From Burkholderiaceae bacterium (GTDB lineage: Bacteria; Pseudomonadota; Gammaproteobacteria; Burkholderiales; Burkholderiaceae_C), in the NCBI GenBank assembly GCA_041906185.1, contig JAYRJQ010000018.1, positions 14,336 to 78,335 on the forward strand: 64,000 bases of DNA. The letters are read 5' to 3'. Both the position numbers and the translations under genes were made by a program. This document shows, piece after piece, positions 11,522 through 21,257 of the stretch; position 1 is the first letter of the stretch, and every line of letters begins with the position of its first letter. The notes under the pieces are model-generated. The model saw only the letters and a program-made list of their open reading frames with translations. It made no database searches and was not told the origin of the DNA.

Positions 11522-12376
11522 ATGCCGGCCGTGAGCATAGAGCACTACGAGAACTTTCCTGTCGCTTCCTGGCTGTGCCCCCCACACTTGCGGCCCGCCG
11601 TGGTGGCGATCTACCACTTCGCCCGGACGGCGGACGACCTGGCCGACGAAGGCACGGCGGGCACGGCGGAGCGGCAGGCCGACCTGCGCGCCTACCGCGC
11701 CGACCTGCACGCCTGCGTGGCCGGGCGAACGCCCTCCCCGCGCTGGGCCCGCGCCGTGTTCGAGCCGCTGGCGGTGCAGATACAGCGGCACGCCCTGCCC
11801 GTTGCGCTGCTCGAGGCCCTGCTCGATGCCTTCGAGCAAGACCTCGTCAAGACCCGCTACGCCAGCCGCGAGGAGCTGCTGCACTACTGCGAGCGCTCCG
11901 CCAATCCAGTCGGGCGACTGCTGCTGCATCTGTATGGTGTGCGGGGCGAGACGGAGCTGGCGCAGTCGGATGCCATCTGCAGCGCGCTGCAGCTGATCAA
12001 TTTCTGGCAGGACTTCACCCGCGACGGGCCGAACGGCCGCTGCTATGTGCCGCAGACCGAGCTCGACCGCCACGGCCTCGACGTGCAGGCCTGGCTGCGC
12101 TGCGAGGACAGCCCCGCCGCCCGCGCCCTGATCGCCGAGCTGTGCGCCTGGGCGCGGCAGATGATGCAGCGCGGAGCACCGCTGGTGCATGCCCTCCCCG
12201 GGCGGGCAGGCTGGGAGCTGCGACTGGTTGTCCAGGGCGGCCTGCGCATTCTTGAGAGAATCGAGGCCATGGATCACGCCTCCCTTGTTCGCCGCCCGCA
12301 GCTGGGCGCCCTGGACTTCGCCCCCCTGCTGTGGCGCGCGCTGCGCATGCGCCCTGCCCGAGGAGCCGCCGCGTGA
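11522..12376 (+). CDS. hpnC: squalene synthase HpnC (hydroxysqualene synthase)
   Basis: 284 aa. The N-terminus HYENFPVASWLCP and the phytoene/squalene synthase fold motifs YHFARTADDLADE match HpnC as I remember it. Confidence 0.85.
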   Translation: MPAVSIEHYENFPVASWLCPPHLRPAVVAIYHFARTADDLADEGTAGTAERQADLRAYRADLHACVAGRTPSPRWARAVFEPLAVQIQRHALPVALLEALLDAFEQDLVKTRYASREELLHYCERSANPVGRLLLHLYGVRGETELAQSDAICSALQLINFWQDFTRDGPNGRCYVPQTELDRHGLDVQAWLRCEDSPAARALIAELCAWARQMMQRGAPLVHALPGRAGWELRLVVQGGLRILERIEAMDHASLVRRPQLGALDFAPLLWRALRMRPARGAAA

Positions 12377-13221
12377 CGCCCGACCAGTACGCGCAGGAGC
12401 GCGCCGCCGCCAGCGGGTCCAGCTTCTACTACGCCTTCCAGTTCCTCTCGGCCCCGCGCCGGGCGGCCATCACCGCCTTCTACGCCTTCTGCCGCGAGGT
12501 CGACGACGTGGTGGACGAGATTCACGACCCGGGCGTCGCCGCGGCCAAGCTGGCCTGGTGGCGCAAGGAAGTCCTGGCGGCCTTTGCCGGTCAGCCCAGC
12601 CACCCGGCCATGAAGGCGCTGATGCCCCATGCCCCGGACTACGACATCCGCGCCGAGCACCTGCTGGCCGTGATCGACGGCTGCCAGATGGACCTGGATC
12701 AGAGCCGCTATCTCGACTTCGCGGGCCTGCAGCGCTACTGCCACCTGGTGGCGGGCGTGGTGGGCGAGGTGGCGTCGGGCATCTTCGGCCGCACCGAGGC
12801 CCAGACCATCGCCTACGCCCACAAGCTGGGCCTGGCGCTGCAGCTGACCAACATCATCCGCGACGTGGGCGACGACGCCCGCCGCGGCCGCATCTACCTG
12901 CCGGTGAACGAGCTGCAGCAGTTCGGCGTCAAGGCCAACGAGATCCTGCTGCGTCAGGCGCCCTGGGGCTACAGCGAGCGCTTCACGGCGCTCATGCAGT
13001 TCCAGGCCGAGCGTGCCCACCGCTGCTATGACGAGGCCTTCGCCCTTCTCCCCGAGGCCGACCGCAAGGCCCAGAAGCCCGGGCTGATGATGGCCAACAT
13101 CTACCGCGCGCTGCTGCGCGAGCTGGAGGCCGAGGAGTTCCGGGTGCTGCACCAGAAGATCTCGCTGACTCCGCTGCGCAAGGTGTGGATCGCGATGAAG
13201 ACCAACTGGCGCGGGCGCTGA
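12373..13221 (+). CDS. hpnD: presqualene diphosphate synthase HpnD
   Basis: GTG start with a GTGA overlap on the hpnC stop and GAGGAG 7 nt upstream. The SSFYYAFQFL and FYAFCREVDDVVDE motifs are of the squalene/phytoene synthase family. Confidence 0.85.
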   Translation: MTPDQYAQERAAASGSSFYYAFQFLSAPRRAAITAFYAFCREVDDVVDEIHDPGVAAAKLAWWRKEVLAAFAGQPSHPAMKALMPHAPDYDIRAEHLLAVIDGCQMDLDQSRYLDFAGLQRYCHLVAGVVGEVASGIFGRTEAQTIAYAHKLGLALQLTNIIRDVGDDARRGRIYLPVNELQQFGVKANEILLRQAPWGYSERFTALMQFQAERAHRCYDEAFALLPEADRKAQKPGLMMANIYRALLRELEAEEFRVLHQKISLTPLRKVWIAMKTNWRGR

Positions 13222-13225
13222 AGGC

Positions 13226-14545
13226 GTGGCCCGCATTGCCGTCATCGGGGCCGGCTGGGCCGGCCTGAGCGCCGCCCTGGCACTGCAGGCTCAGGGCCAT
13301 GCGCTGAGCGTGTTCGAGATGGCGCCGACTCCCGGGGGCCGGGCGCGCAGCCTGTCCCCCGACGACGCCGGGCCGCCGCTGGACAACGGCCAGCACATCC
13401 TCATCGGCGCCTACACCGAAACGCTGGACCTGCTGGCCTCGCTGGGCCTGCCGGAAGAGCGCCTGTTCCGGCGCAGCCCGCTGCAGCTGACGGACGCCGC
13501 CGGCCGCGGCCTGCGCCTGCCCGCGGGCCCGCCGCAGCTGGCCTTCGCGTGGGCGGTGCTGCATGCGCGGCATTGGTCCTGGGCCGCCCAGCTCAGCGTG
13601 CTCAGCCACTGCCTCGGCTGGGCGTTCGCCGGCTTCCGCTGCAAGGACACCCTGACCGTGCGCGAGCTGTGCCAGGGTCTGCACCGGCAGCCGTATGAGG
13701 AGCTCGTCGCGCCGCTGTGCGTCGCCGCGCTCAACACGCCCGCCGAGCAGGCCAGCGCCCGCGTCTTCCTGCGGGTGCTGAAGGATGCGCTGTTCAGCGG
13801 GCGCGGGTCCGCCGACCTGCTCCTGCCGCGGCAGCCGCTGGCCGCGCTGCTGCCCACGCCCGCGCTCGCGGCGCTCCAGGCGGGCGGTGCCCATGTGCAG
13901 CTCGGGCGCCGTGCCCTGCTGGGGCGCGACCCGATCGGCGGCTGGACGGTCCGGACCGACGGCGCGCCCGAGGCCTTCGACGCCGTCGTGCTGGCCTGCC
14001 CGGCCCGCGAGGCGGCGCGGCAGCTGGCCGAGCTCGATGCCCGCTGGTCGGCCGAGGCGGCGGCGCTGCGCTACGAACCCATCGTGACGGTCTATCTGCG
14101 CGCCGAGGGGCGGCTGCCCTTCCCCATGGTCGCGCTGAGGGAGTCCGCGAACGAGCCCGCCCAGTACCTCTTCGACCACGGCGCGCTCGACCTCGCACCC
14201 GGCCGCTTCGCCGCCGTCATCAGCGGTGCCGGCGCCTGGCTGGACCGCGGCCCGGACGGCATCGACGCCTGCGCGCAGGCCACGCTCGCCCAGGTGGCCC
14301 GGCAGGCGCCGCAGCTGCGCGAATGCCAGCTCGAGCGGGTGATCACGGAAAAGCGTGCCACCTTCGCCTGCACGCCCGGCCTGAAACGCCCCGCCGCCCG
14401 CATCGCGTCAGGCCTGTGGGCGGCCGGGGACTACCTCGACGGCCCCTACCCCGCCACGCTGGAAGGCGCCGTCCGCTCCGGCCGCCAGGCCGCGCAGGGG
14501 CTGCACGCCGAGCTGCAGGCTGTCGCGCCCCGCGCCACACACTGA
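13226..14545 (+). CDS. hpnE: hydroxysqualene dehydroxylase HpnE (FAD-dependent amine-oxidase family)
   Basis: 439 aa with an N-terminal dinucleotide-binding motif IAVIGAGWAGLSAA. It lies immediately after hpnD. Confidence 0.8.
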   Translation: MARIAVIGAGWAGLSAALALQAQGHALSVFEMAPTPGGRARSLSPDDAGPPLDNGQHILIGAYTETLDLLASLGLPEERLFRRSPLQLTDAAGRGLRLPAGPPQLAFAWAVLHARHWSWAAQLSVLSHCLGWAFAGFRCKDTLTVRELCQGLHRQPYEELVAPLCVAALNTPAEQASARVFLRVLKDALFSGRGSADLLLPRQPLAALLPTPALAALQAGGAHVQLGRRALLGRDPIGGWTVRTDGAPEAFDAVVLACPAREAARQLAELDARWSAEAAALRYEPIVTVYLRAEGRLPFPMVALRESANEPAQYLFDHGALDLAPGRFAAVISGAGAWLDRGPDGIDACAQATLAQVARQAPQLRECQLERVITEKRATFACTPGLKRPAARIASGLWAAGDYLDGPYPATLEGAVRSGRQAAQGLHAELQAVAPRATH

Positions 14546-14593
14546 GACCGGCCTCCAATTTCGCCATGCAAAAAATTGCTGCCATGCCGCACA

Positions 14594-15370
14594 ATGGTCG
14601 GCATGAAGAGCAATGAGGCACAGACCCCCGCCATCCAGGTGCTGGAACGCAGTTTCGCCATCCTGGACGTGCTGGCCAGCCACCAGGACCCGGTCTCCCT
14701 GAAGCAGATCAGCGAAACCACCGGCCTGCACCCCTCCACGGCCCACCGCATCCTGAACGACCTCGCCATTGGCCGCTACGTCGATCGCCCGGAAGCCGGC
14801 GCCTACCGCCTCGGCATGCGCCTCCTGGAGCTCGGCAATCTGGTCAAGGCCCGGCTGGACGTGCGGGACGCTGCGCTCGAGCCCATGCGCGAGCTGCACA
14901 AGTTCACCCACCAGCCGGTCAATCTCTCGGTGCGCCAGGGGGACGAAATCGTCTACATCGAGCGGACCTACTCCGAGCGCTCCGGCATGCAGGTCGTGCG
15001 GGCCGTCGGCGGCCGCGCGCCGCTGCACCTCACCTCGGTGGGCAAGCTCTTCCTGGCCAGCGACGACCCCCAGCGCGTGCGGGCCTACGCCACGCGCACG
15101 GGCCTGGCCGGCCACACGCGCAACAGCCTGACCGACATCGCCGCGCTCGAGCGCGAGATGGCCACGGTGCGCCAGCGCGGGGTCGCCCGTGACGACGAGG
15201 AACTCGAGCTCGGCGTGCGCTGCATGGCCGCCGGCATCTACGACGACCAGGGCAAGCTCGTGGCCGGCCTGTCCATCTCGGCCCCCGCGGATCGCCTCGA
15301 GGAGGCCTGGCTCGGCCGGCTCAAGGACACCGCCGCTCAGATCTCGTCGGCGCTCGGCTACCGCGGCTGA
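14594..15370 (+). CDS. IclR-family transcriptional regulator
   Basis: An N-terminal wHTH (IQVLERSFAILDVLASHQDPVSLKQISETTGLHPSTAHRIL) is followed by an IclR effector domain. The start is ambiguous among TTG 14576, ATG 14594 and ATG 14603. Confidence 0.88.
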   Translation: MVGMKSNEAQTPAIQVLERSFAILDVLASHQDPVSLKQISETTGLHPSTAHRILNDLAIGRYVDRPEAGAYRLGMRLLELGNLVKARLDVRDAALEPMRELHKFTHQPVNLSVRQGDEIVYIERTYSERSGMQVVRAVGGRAPLHLTSVGKLFLASDDPQRVRAYATRTGLAGHTRNSLTDIAALEREMATVRQRGVARDDEELELGVRCMAAGIYDDQGKLVAGLSISAPADRLEEAWLGRLKDTAAQISSALGYRG

Positions 15371-15393
15371 GCGCGCATCCCGGCCCGAAACGA

Positions 15394-15431
15394 CAACGCC
15401 CGGCACCTTGCGGTCCGGGCGTTGGTCTTTT
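15394..15431. terminator. hairpin between convergent iclR-family and PBP genes
   Basis: 10-bp stem CAACGCCCGG/CCGGGCGTTG, followed on the plus strand by GTCTTTTC. Confidence 0.6.
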
Positions 15432-15449
15432 CAGCGAGCGCTGAGGGCT

Positions 15450-16583
15450 TCAGCTGGCCTTGTCCAGGGTCATCTGCGCCTGCGGCTGCGCGCCGCCCGA
15501 CGACGTGGCGCCGGCGTTGGTGAGCCACTTGCGGATGCGCTCGGCGTCCCCGATGCGGGAGTACTTGCCGGTGGAATCCAGCAGCACCATGATCAGCTTG
15601 CGGCCCGCCAGGCTGGCCTGCATGACCAGGCAGCGGCCCGCTTCGTTGATGAAGCCGGTCTTCTGGAGACCGATGTCCCAGCTGCCCGAACGCACGAGGC
15701 CGTTGGTGTTGTGGAAGGCGACCTGGCGGCGGCCCAGCGCCACCGTGGCGTCCCGGGTCGTCGAATATTCGCGCAGCAGCGGCACCTCGTGGGCCACCTT
15801 CACCAGGGCGGCCAGGTCCTTGGCGCTGGACTGGTTGCGGCTGGACAGGCCGGTGGGCTCCACGTAATGGGTGTCCGTCATGCCCAGGGCCTGCGCCTTC
15901 TGGTTCATGGCGGCCACGAAAGCCGTCAGGCCGCCCGGATAGTGGCGCCCAAGCGCATTCGCTGCGCGGTTCTCCGAGGACATCAGCGCCAGATGCAGCA
16001 TCTCGGCGCGGGTCAGCGTGGTACCGACGGCCAGGCGCGAGCCCGTGCCCTTCTCGGTGTCACGGTCTTCGTCGGTGATGGTGATCTTGTCGTCCAGCGA
16101 CTGGCCGGCCTCGACGACCACCAGCGCGGTCATCAGCTTGGTGATGGAGGCGATGGGCAGCACGGCCTGGGTGTTCTTGGACAGCAGCACCTCGTTGGTG
16201 TCCTGGTCCATGACCAGGGCGACGCTGCTCTTGAGGTCCAGGGGGTCGTCCACCGAATGCAGGCCATACATCTGGCCGAAGGTGGGGCTGGCCGGCGTGG
16301 CGACCACGGCGGCCTTGCGCACGACGGACGCCGGTTTGGCCTTGCGGGCATTCTTGGACGTGGCCTTGGGGGCCACGGCAGCCTTGCTCGCGGACTTGTT
16401 TGCAGCATTGGTGCCGGTCTTGCCCGCGCTCTTCGCGGTGGCCGCCTGGGCGCCTTGCGGAGCGAGGGCCAGGGCCAGCACAACGGTCAAGGCGAACGCG
16501 CCGCCCGCCACCGCGCCCAGGAAGGTCTTGACACCCAAGGTCTTTACAACAGTACTCACGCCAGCCCCCAACAAGGTCGCCAC
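15450..16583 (-). CDS. D-alanyl-D-alanine endopeptidase/carboxypeptidase (peptidase S11, PbpG-like)
   Basis: 377 aa. A signal peptide and a low-complexity Ala/Lys linker precede an S11 core with an SITK (SxxK) motif, an SEN (SxN) motif and KTG. The start may instead be the GTG at 16559. Confidence 0.85.
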   Translation of the reverse strand: MATLLGAGVSTVVKTLGVKTFLGAVAGGAFALTVVLALALAPQGAQAATAKSAGKTGTNAANKSASKAAVAPKATSKNARKAKPASVVRKAAVVATPASPTFGQMYGLHSVDDPLDLKSSVALVMDQDTNEVLLSKNTQAVLPIASITKLMTALVVVEAGQSLDDKITITDEDRDTEKGTGSRLAVGTTLTRAEMLHLALMSSENRAANALGRHYPGGLTAFVAAMNQKAQALGMTDTHYVEPTGLSSRNQSSAKDLAALVKVAHEVPLLREYSTTRDATVALGRRQVAFHNTNGLVRSGSWDIGLQKTGFINEAGRCLVMQASLAGRKLIMVLLDSTGKYSRIGDAERIRKWLTNAGATSSGGAQPQAQMTLDKAS

Positions 16584-16701
16584 CAGTTTAGGTGAAGCTC
16601 AAAACCCGGGCAAGATCAAAAACTTAGCCGCGGCTCTTAAAGTTCACGATCGAGACGCCCTGCACGGTCCGGGCCCGTTGCCGGGCCCGGGTCCGCGGGC
16701 C

Positions 16702-18243
16702 TCAGCCCTGGGCCGCCACGCGCTCGGTCTTGCTCTGCAGCTTGTTCAACGCGGCCAAATATGCCTTGGCCGACGCCACGACGATATCCGGATCGGCACC
16801 GACGCCGTTCACGACGCGCCCGGCGTGCTGCAGACGCACCGTCACCTCGCCCTGGGATTCTGTGCTGCCGCTGGTGATGGCATTGACCGAATAGAGGATC
16901 ATTTCCGCGCCGCTTTGCACCTCGGACTCGATGGCCTGCAGGCAGGCATCGACCGGGCCGTTGCCGTCGCTCTCGGCCTTGAACTCCTTGTCGCCGACGG
17001 CGAAGACCACGCGGGCGTGCGGACGCTCGCCCGTCTCGCTGCGCTGGGCCAGGGACAGCAGGCGGTAGTGCTCGTGGTCCTGCGTGACCGACTCGTCCAT
17101 CACCAGCGCGATGATGTCCTCGTCGAAGATCTCGTTCTTGCGGTCGGCCAGGTCCTTGAAGCGCTGGAAGGCGGCATTGATCTCGGCCTCGGACTCCAGC
17201 TCGATGCCCAACTCCTGCAGGCGCTGCTTGAAGGCGTTGCGGCCGGAGAGCTTGCCCAGCACGATCTTGTTGGCGCTCCAGCCCACGTCCTCGGCGCGCA
17301 TGATCTCGTAGGTGTCGCGGGCCTTGAGCACGCCGTCCTGGTGGATGCCGGACGCATGGGCGAAGGCGTTGGCGCCCACCACGGCCTTGTTGGGCTGTAC
17401 GACGAAACCGGTCGTCTGGGAGACCAGCTTGGAGGCCGGGACGATCTGGGAGGCATCGATGCCCACGTCCAGGCCGAAGTAGTCGCGGCGCGTCTTGACC
17501 GCCATCACCACCTCTTCCAGCGAGCAGTTGCCGGCGCGCTCACCCAGGCCGTTGATCGTGCACTCGATCTGGCGGGCCCCGCCGATCTTCACGCCGGCGA
17601 GCGAGTTGGCCACGGCCATGCCCAGGTCGTTGTGGCAGTGCACGGACCAGATGGCGAGGTCGGAGTTGGGCACCTTCTCGCGCAGCGTCTTCAGGAAGTT
17701 GCCGTAGAGCTCGGGGATGGCATAGCCCACGGTGTCGGGGATGTTGATGGTGCGGGCGCCTTCCGCGATCACGGCCTCGCACACGCGGGCGAGGAAGTCC
17801 ATGTCGGAGCGGTAGCCGTCCTCGGGCGAGAACTCGATGTCGTCGGTCAGGTTGCGGCCGAAGCGCACGGACAGGCGGGCCTGCTCCAGCACCTGCTCGC
17901 GCGTCATGCGCAGCTTCTTCTCCATGTGGAGCTCGCTCGTCGCGATGAAGGTGTGGATGCGCGAGCGGGCCGCGCCCTTGAGCGCCTCGGCGGCGCGGGC
18001 GATGTCGCGGTCATTGGCGCGGGCCAGCGAGCAGACGGTGCTCTCGCGAATCACGTCAGCGATGGCCTTGACGGCCTCGAAGTCGCCGTTGCTGGCCGCA
18101 GCGAAGCCGGCCTCGATCACGTCCACGCGCATGCGCTCGAGCTGGCGGGCGATGCGCAGCTTCTCGTCCTTCGTCATCGAGGCGCCGGGCGATTGCTCGC
18201 CATCGCGCAAGGTGGTGTCGAAGATGATGAGCTGGTCAGCCAT
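16702..18243 (-). CDS. leuA: 2-isopropylmalate synthase
   Basis: The ATG at 18243 gives [23 protein letters not shown], the canonical LeuA N-terminus, with GGAG 7 nt upstream. The protein is 513 aa with a C-terminal LeuA regulatory domain. Confidence 0.96.
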   Translation of the reverse strand: MADQLIIFDTTLRDGEQSPGASMTKDEKLRIARQLERMRVDVIEAGFAAASNGDFEAVKAIADVIRESTVCSLARANDRDIARAAEALKGAARSRIHTFIATSELHMEKKLRMTREQVLEQARLSVRFGRNLTDDIEFSPEDGYRSDMDFLARVCEAVIAEGARTINIPDTVGYAIPELYGNFLKTLREKVPNSDLAIWSVHCHNDLGMAVANSLAGVKIGGARQIECTINGLGERAGNCSLEEVVMAVKTRRDYFGLDVGIDASQIVPASKLVSQTTGFVVQPNKAVVGANAFAHASGIHQDGVLKARDTYEIMRAEDVGWSANKIVLGKLSGRNAFKQRLQELGIELESEAEINAAFQRFKDLADRKNEIFDEDIIALVMDESVTQDHEHYRLLSLAQRSETGERPHARVVFAVGDKEFKAESDGNGPVDACLQAIESEVQSGAEMILYSVNAITSGSTESQGEVTVRLQHAGRVVNGVGADPDIVVASAKAYLAALNKLQSKTERVAAQG

Positions 18244-18292
18244 GAGGGTCTCCGTGAAACGTGAAAGAGGTGATTCGGAAGGGGTCGGCCGG

Positions 18293-18330
18293 AAAAACAA
18301 AAAGCCCGCGAAGCAGGTGCTCGGCGGGCT
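18293..18330 (-). terminator. intrinsic terminator inside the leuA 5' leader (candidate attenuator)
   Basis: The minus strand reads AGCCCGC-14 nt-GCGGGCT followed by TTTTTGTTTTT. It ends about 50 nt upstream of the leuA ATG. Confidence 0.6.
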
Positions 18331-18354
18331 CTTGGGGTGGAAGTACGGTGACGT

Positions 18355-18429
18355 TCAGACGCGCGACTGCCTCGTGCCCAAGGGCCCGATGGCTAGTAGC
18401 AGAGCGGCAATGACGGTCAGCGTCTTCAT
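18355..18429 (-). CDS. candidate leu leader peptide (24 aa)
   Basis: ATG AAG ACG CTG ACC GTC ATT GCC GCT CTG CTA CTA GCC ATC GGG CCC TTG GGC ACG AGG CAG TCG CGC GTC TGA translates to MKTLTVIAALLLAIGPLGTRQSRV. There are three consecutive Leu codons, two of them CTA, which appears rare in the surrounding GC-rich genes. No clear Shine-Dalgarno sequence is present. Confidence 0.35.
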   Translation of the reverse strand: MKTLTVIAALLLAIGPLGTRQSRV

Positions 18430-18479
18430 GGTGGTCGAATGTAGCACGGGGCCCGGCGGCGGCACCCCGTCTGCCTACG

Positions 18480-19352
18480 TCAATGGTGAAGGCCCTTTTC
18501 ATCGGGCTCGTCAGTCGAGATGGCGATCACGCTGACGGGCTTGCCCTTCACGCGCTTGTAGCCGTAGACCACGTAGCCGGACAGGCCGTAGACGCAGAAC
18601 AGGCCGAAGAGCACCTTGGGCGGGTCGAGGTTGATCAGCGCGATGCCCAGGGCGATCGCCACCACGCTCACGAAGGGCACCGAGCGCTTGAAGCTGATGT
18701 CCTTGAAGCTGTAGAACGGGGCGTTCGTGACCATGGTCAAACCCGCGTAGAGCGTGAAGCCGAAGGCCAGCCAGGCCAGGCCCGTCGAGGCGGCGGGGGC
18801 GTGATAGCCGGCATCCTCGACCACCCAGATCAGGCCCATCACGAGCGCAGCGGCCGCGGGGCTCGGCACGCCCTGGAAGAAGCGTTTGTCGACCACCGCG
18901 ATATTGGTGTTGAAGCGGGCCAGACGCAGCGCGGCCCCGGCGCAGTACACGAAGGCCGCGAACCAGCCCCACTTGCCGAGGCCCTGCAGGGCCCACTCAT
19001 AGGTGATCAGCGCGGGGGCGGCGCCGAACGACACCATGTCGGAGAGGGAGTCCATCTGCTCGCCGAAGGTGCTCTGGGTGTTGGTCATGCGGGCCACGCG
19101 GCCATCCAGGCTGTCCAGCACCATGGCGCAGAACACGCCGTAGACGGACTGCTCGAAGCGACCGTGCATGGCCATCACGATGGCATAGAAGCCGCCAAAC
19201 AGGGCCGCCAGCGTGAAGAGATTGGGCAGGATGTAGATGCCCTTGCGGCGCGGACGCACCGGGGTCAGGACTTCGGCGTCATCCTCGTCGTCGAGGTGTG
19301 CCGGCTGCTTGGGATCGGTCATGGGCAGGGAGGATAGCGCATGCGCCGGCAT
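18480..19352 (-). CDS. pssA: CDP-diacylglycerol--serine O-phosphatidyltransferase
   Basis: CDP-alcohol phosphotransferase motif DSLDGRVARMTNTQSTFGEQMDSLSDMV in a multi-TM protein. An alternative ATG at 19322 (MTDPKQ...) is possible because the ilvC terminator abuts 19352. Confidence 0.88.
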   Translation of the reverse strand: MPAHALSSLPMTDPKQPAHLDDEDDAEVLTPVRPRRKGIYILPNLFTLAALFGGFYAIVMAMHGRFEQSVYGVFCAMVLDSLDGRVARMTNTQSTFGEQMDSLSDMVSFGAAPALITYEWALQGLGKWGWFAAFVYCAGAALRLARFNTNIAVVDKRFFQGVPSPAAAALVMGLIWVVEDAGYHAPAASTGLAWLAFGFTLYAGLTMVTNAPFYSFKDISFKRSVPFVSVVAIALGIALINLDPPKVLFGLFCVYGLSGYVVYGYKRVKGKPVSVIAISTDEPDEKGLHH

Positions 19353-19386
19353 AAAAAAGCCGCGCCAGCCCGAAGGCGACGCGGCT
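19353..19386 (-). terminator. ilvC terminator
   Basis: The minus strand reads AGCCGCG-loop-CGCGGCT followed by TTTTTT, about 40 nt after the ilvC stop. Confidence 0.65.
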
Positions 19387-19425
19387 CTCTAATGCCGGGT
19401 GAGGATCCTTTGACGGATCCGCCCA

Positions 19426-20541
<1,116 letters not shown>

Positions 20542-20594
20542 TCATGGCCTGCAGGGCGACGGCAGGCCGCAAAGGCCTGTCGCCAGGGGAAAGG

Positions 20595-21086
20595 TCAGAC
20601 GCGCAGAATGCGCTCGCCGCGGCCGATGCCGCTGGCGCCGGTGCGCACGGTCTCCAGGATGGCGGTGCGGTCGATGGCGTCGATGAAGGCGTCGAGCTTG
20701 CTGGCGTCGCCGGTGAGCTCCACGGTGTAGGTCTTCTCGGTCACGTCGATGATGCGGCCGCGGAAGATGTCGGCGGTGCGCTTCATCTCCTCGCGCTCCT
20801 TGCCGACGGCCCGCACCTTGATGAGCATGAGCTCGCGTTCGGTGTAGTTGCCCTCGGTGAGATCGACCACCTTCACGACCTCGATCAGCCGGTTCAGGTG
20901 CTTGGTGATCTGCTCGATGACGTCATCGGAGCCGGTGGTCACGATGGTCATGCGGGACAGCGACGGGTCTTCCGTCGGCGCCACGGTGAGGCTCTCGATG
21001 TTGTAGCCGCGGGCGGAGAACAGGGCCACGACGCGCGACAGCGCCCCCGGCTCGTTCTCGATGAGCAAAGCAATGATGTGTCTCAT
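20595..21086 (-). CDS. ilvH: acetolactate synthase small (regulatory) subunit
   Basis: 163 aa, MRHIIALLIENEPGALSRVVALFSARGYNIESLTVAPTED. ACT domain. Confidence 0.96.
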   Translation of the reverse strand: MRHIIALLIENEPGALSRVVALFSARGYNIESLTVAPTEDPSLSRMTIVTTGSDDVIEQITKHLNRLIEVVKVVDLTEGNYTERELMLIKVRAVGKEREEMKRTADIFRGRIIDVTEKTYTVELTGDASKLDAFIDAIDRTAILETVRTGASGIGRGERILRV

Positions 21087-21257
21087 GGGTCTCGTCCTTC
21101 GCGCTCTTCAGGCCGGCGGCGGTAACCGACGGCCCTTGGCCACGCTCTTCGAACAGTGGAAAAAGAATGACTGAGGAGGTGCCGATGCGAGCCTTGGCTG
21201 ACCCTGCGCCGGTCCGGGGCCGGTAAGCCGGCGGACCGTGCAGGGCTTACGAAGGCG

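Noticed and set aside
18236-18502. 88-aa minus-strand ORF spanning the pssA-leuA spacer.
   Set aside because: It overlaps the leuA start and the pssA end, runs through the terminator hairpin, and has an implausible composition. The short Leu-codon ORF in another frame is the more meaningful reading.
21087-21257. 171-bp gap between ilvI and ilvH containing a long GC hairpin (CCCTGCACGGTCCG..CGGACCGGCGCAGGG), considered as a terminator or inserted element.
   Set aside because: No U-tract follows it and there are no repeats or coding potential. An intercistronic stabilising hairpin is the simplest explanation, and nothing further could be supported by eye.
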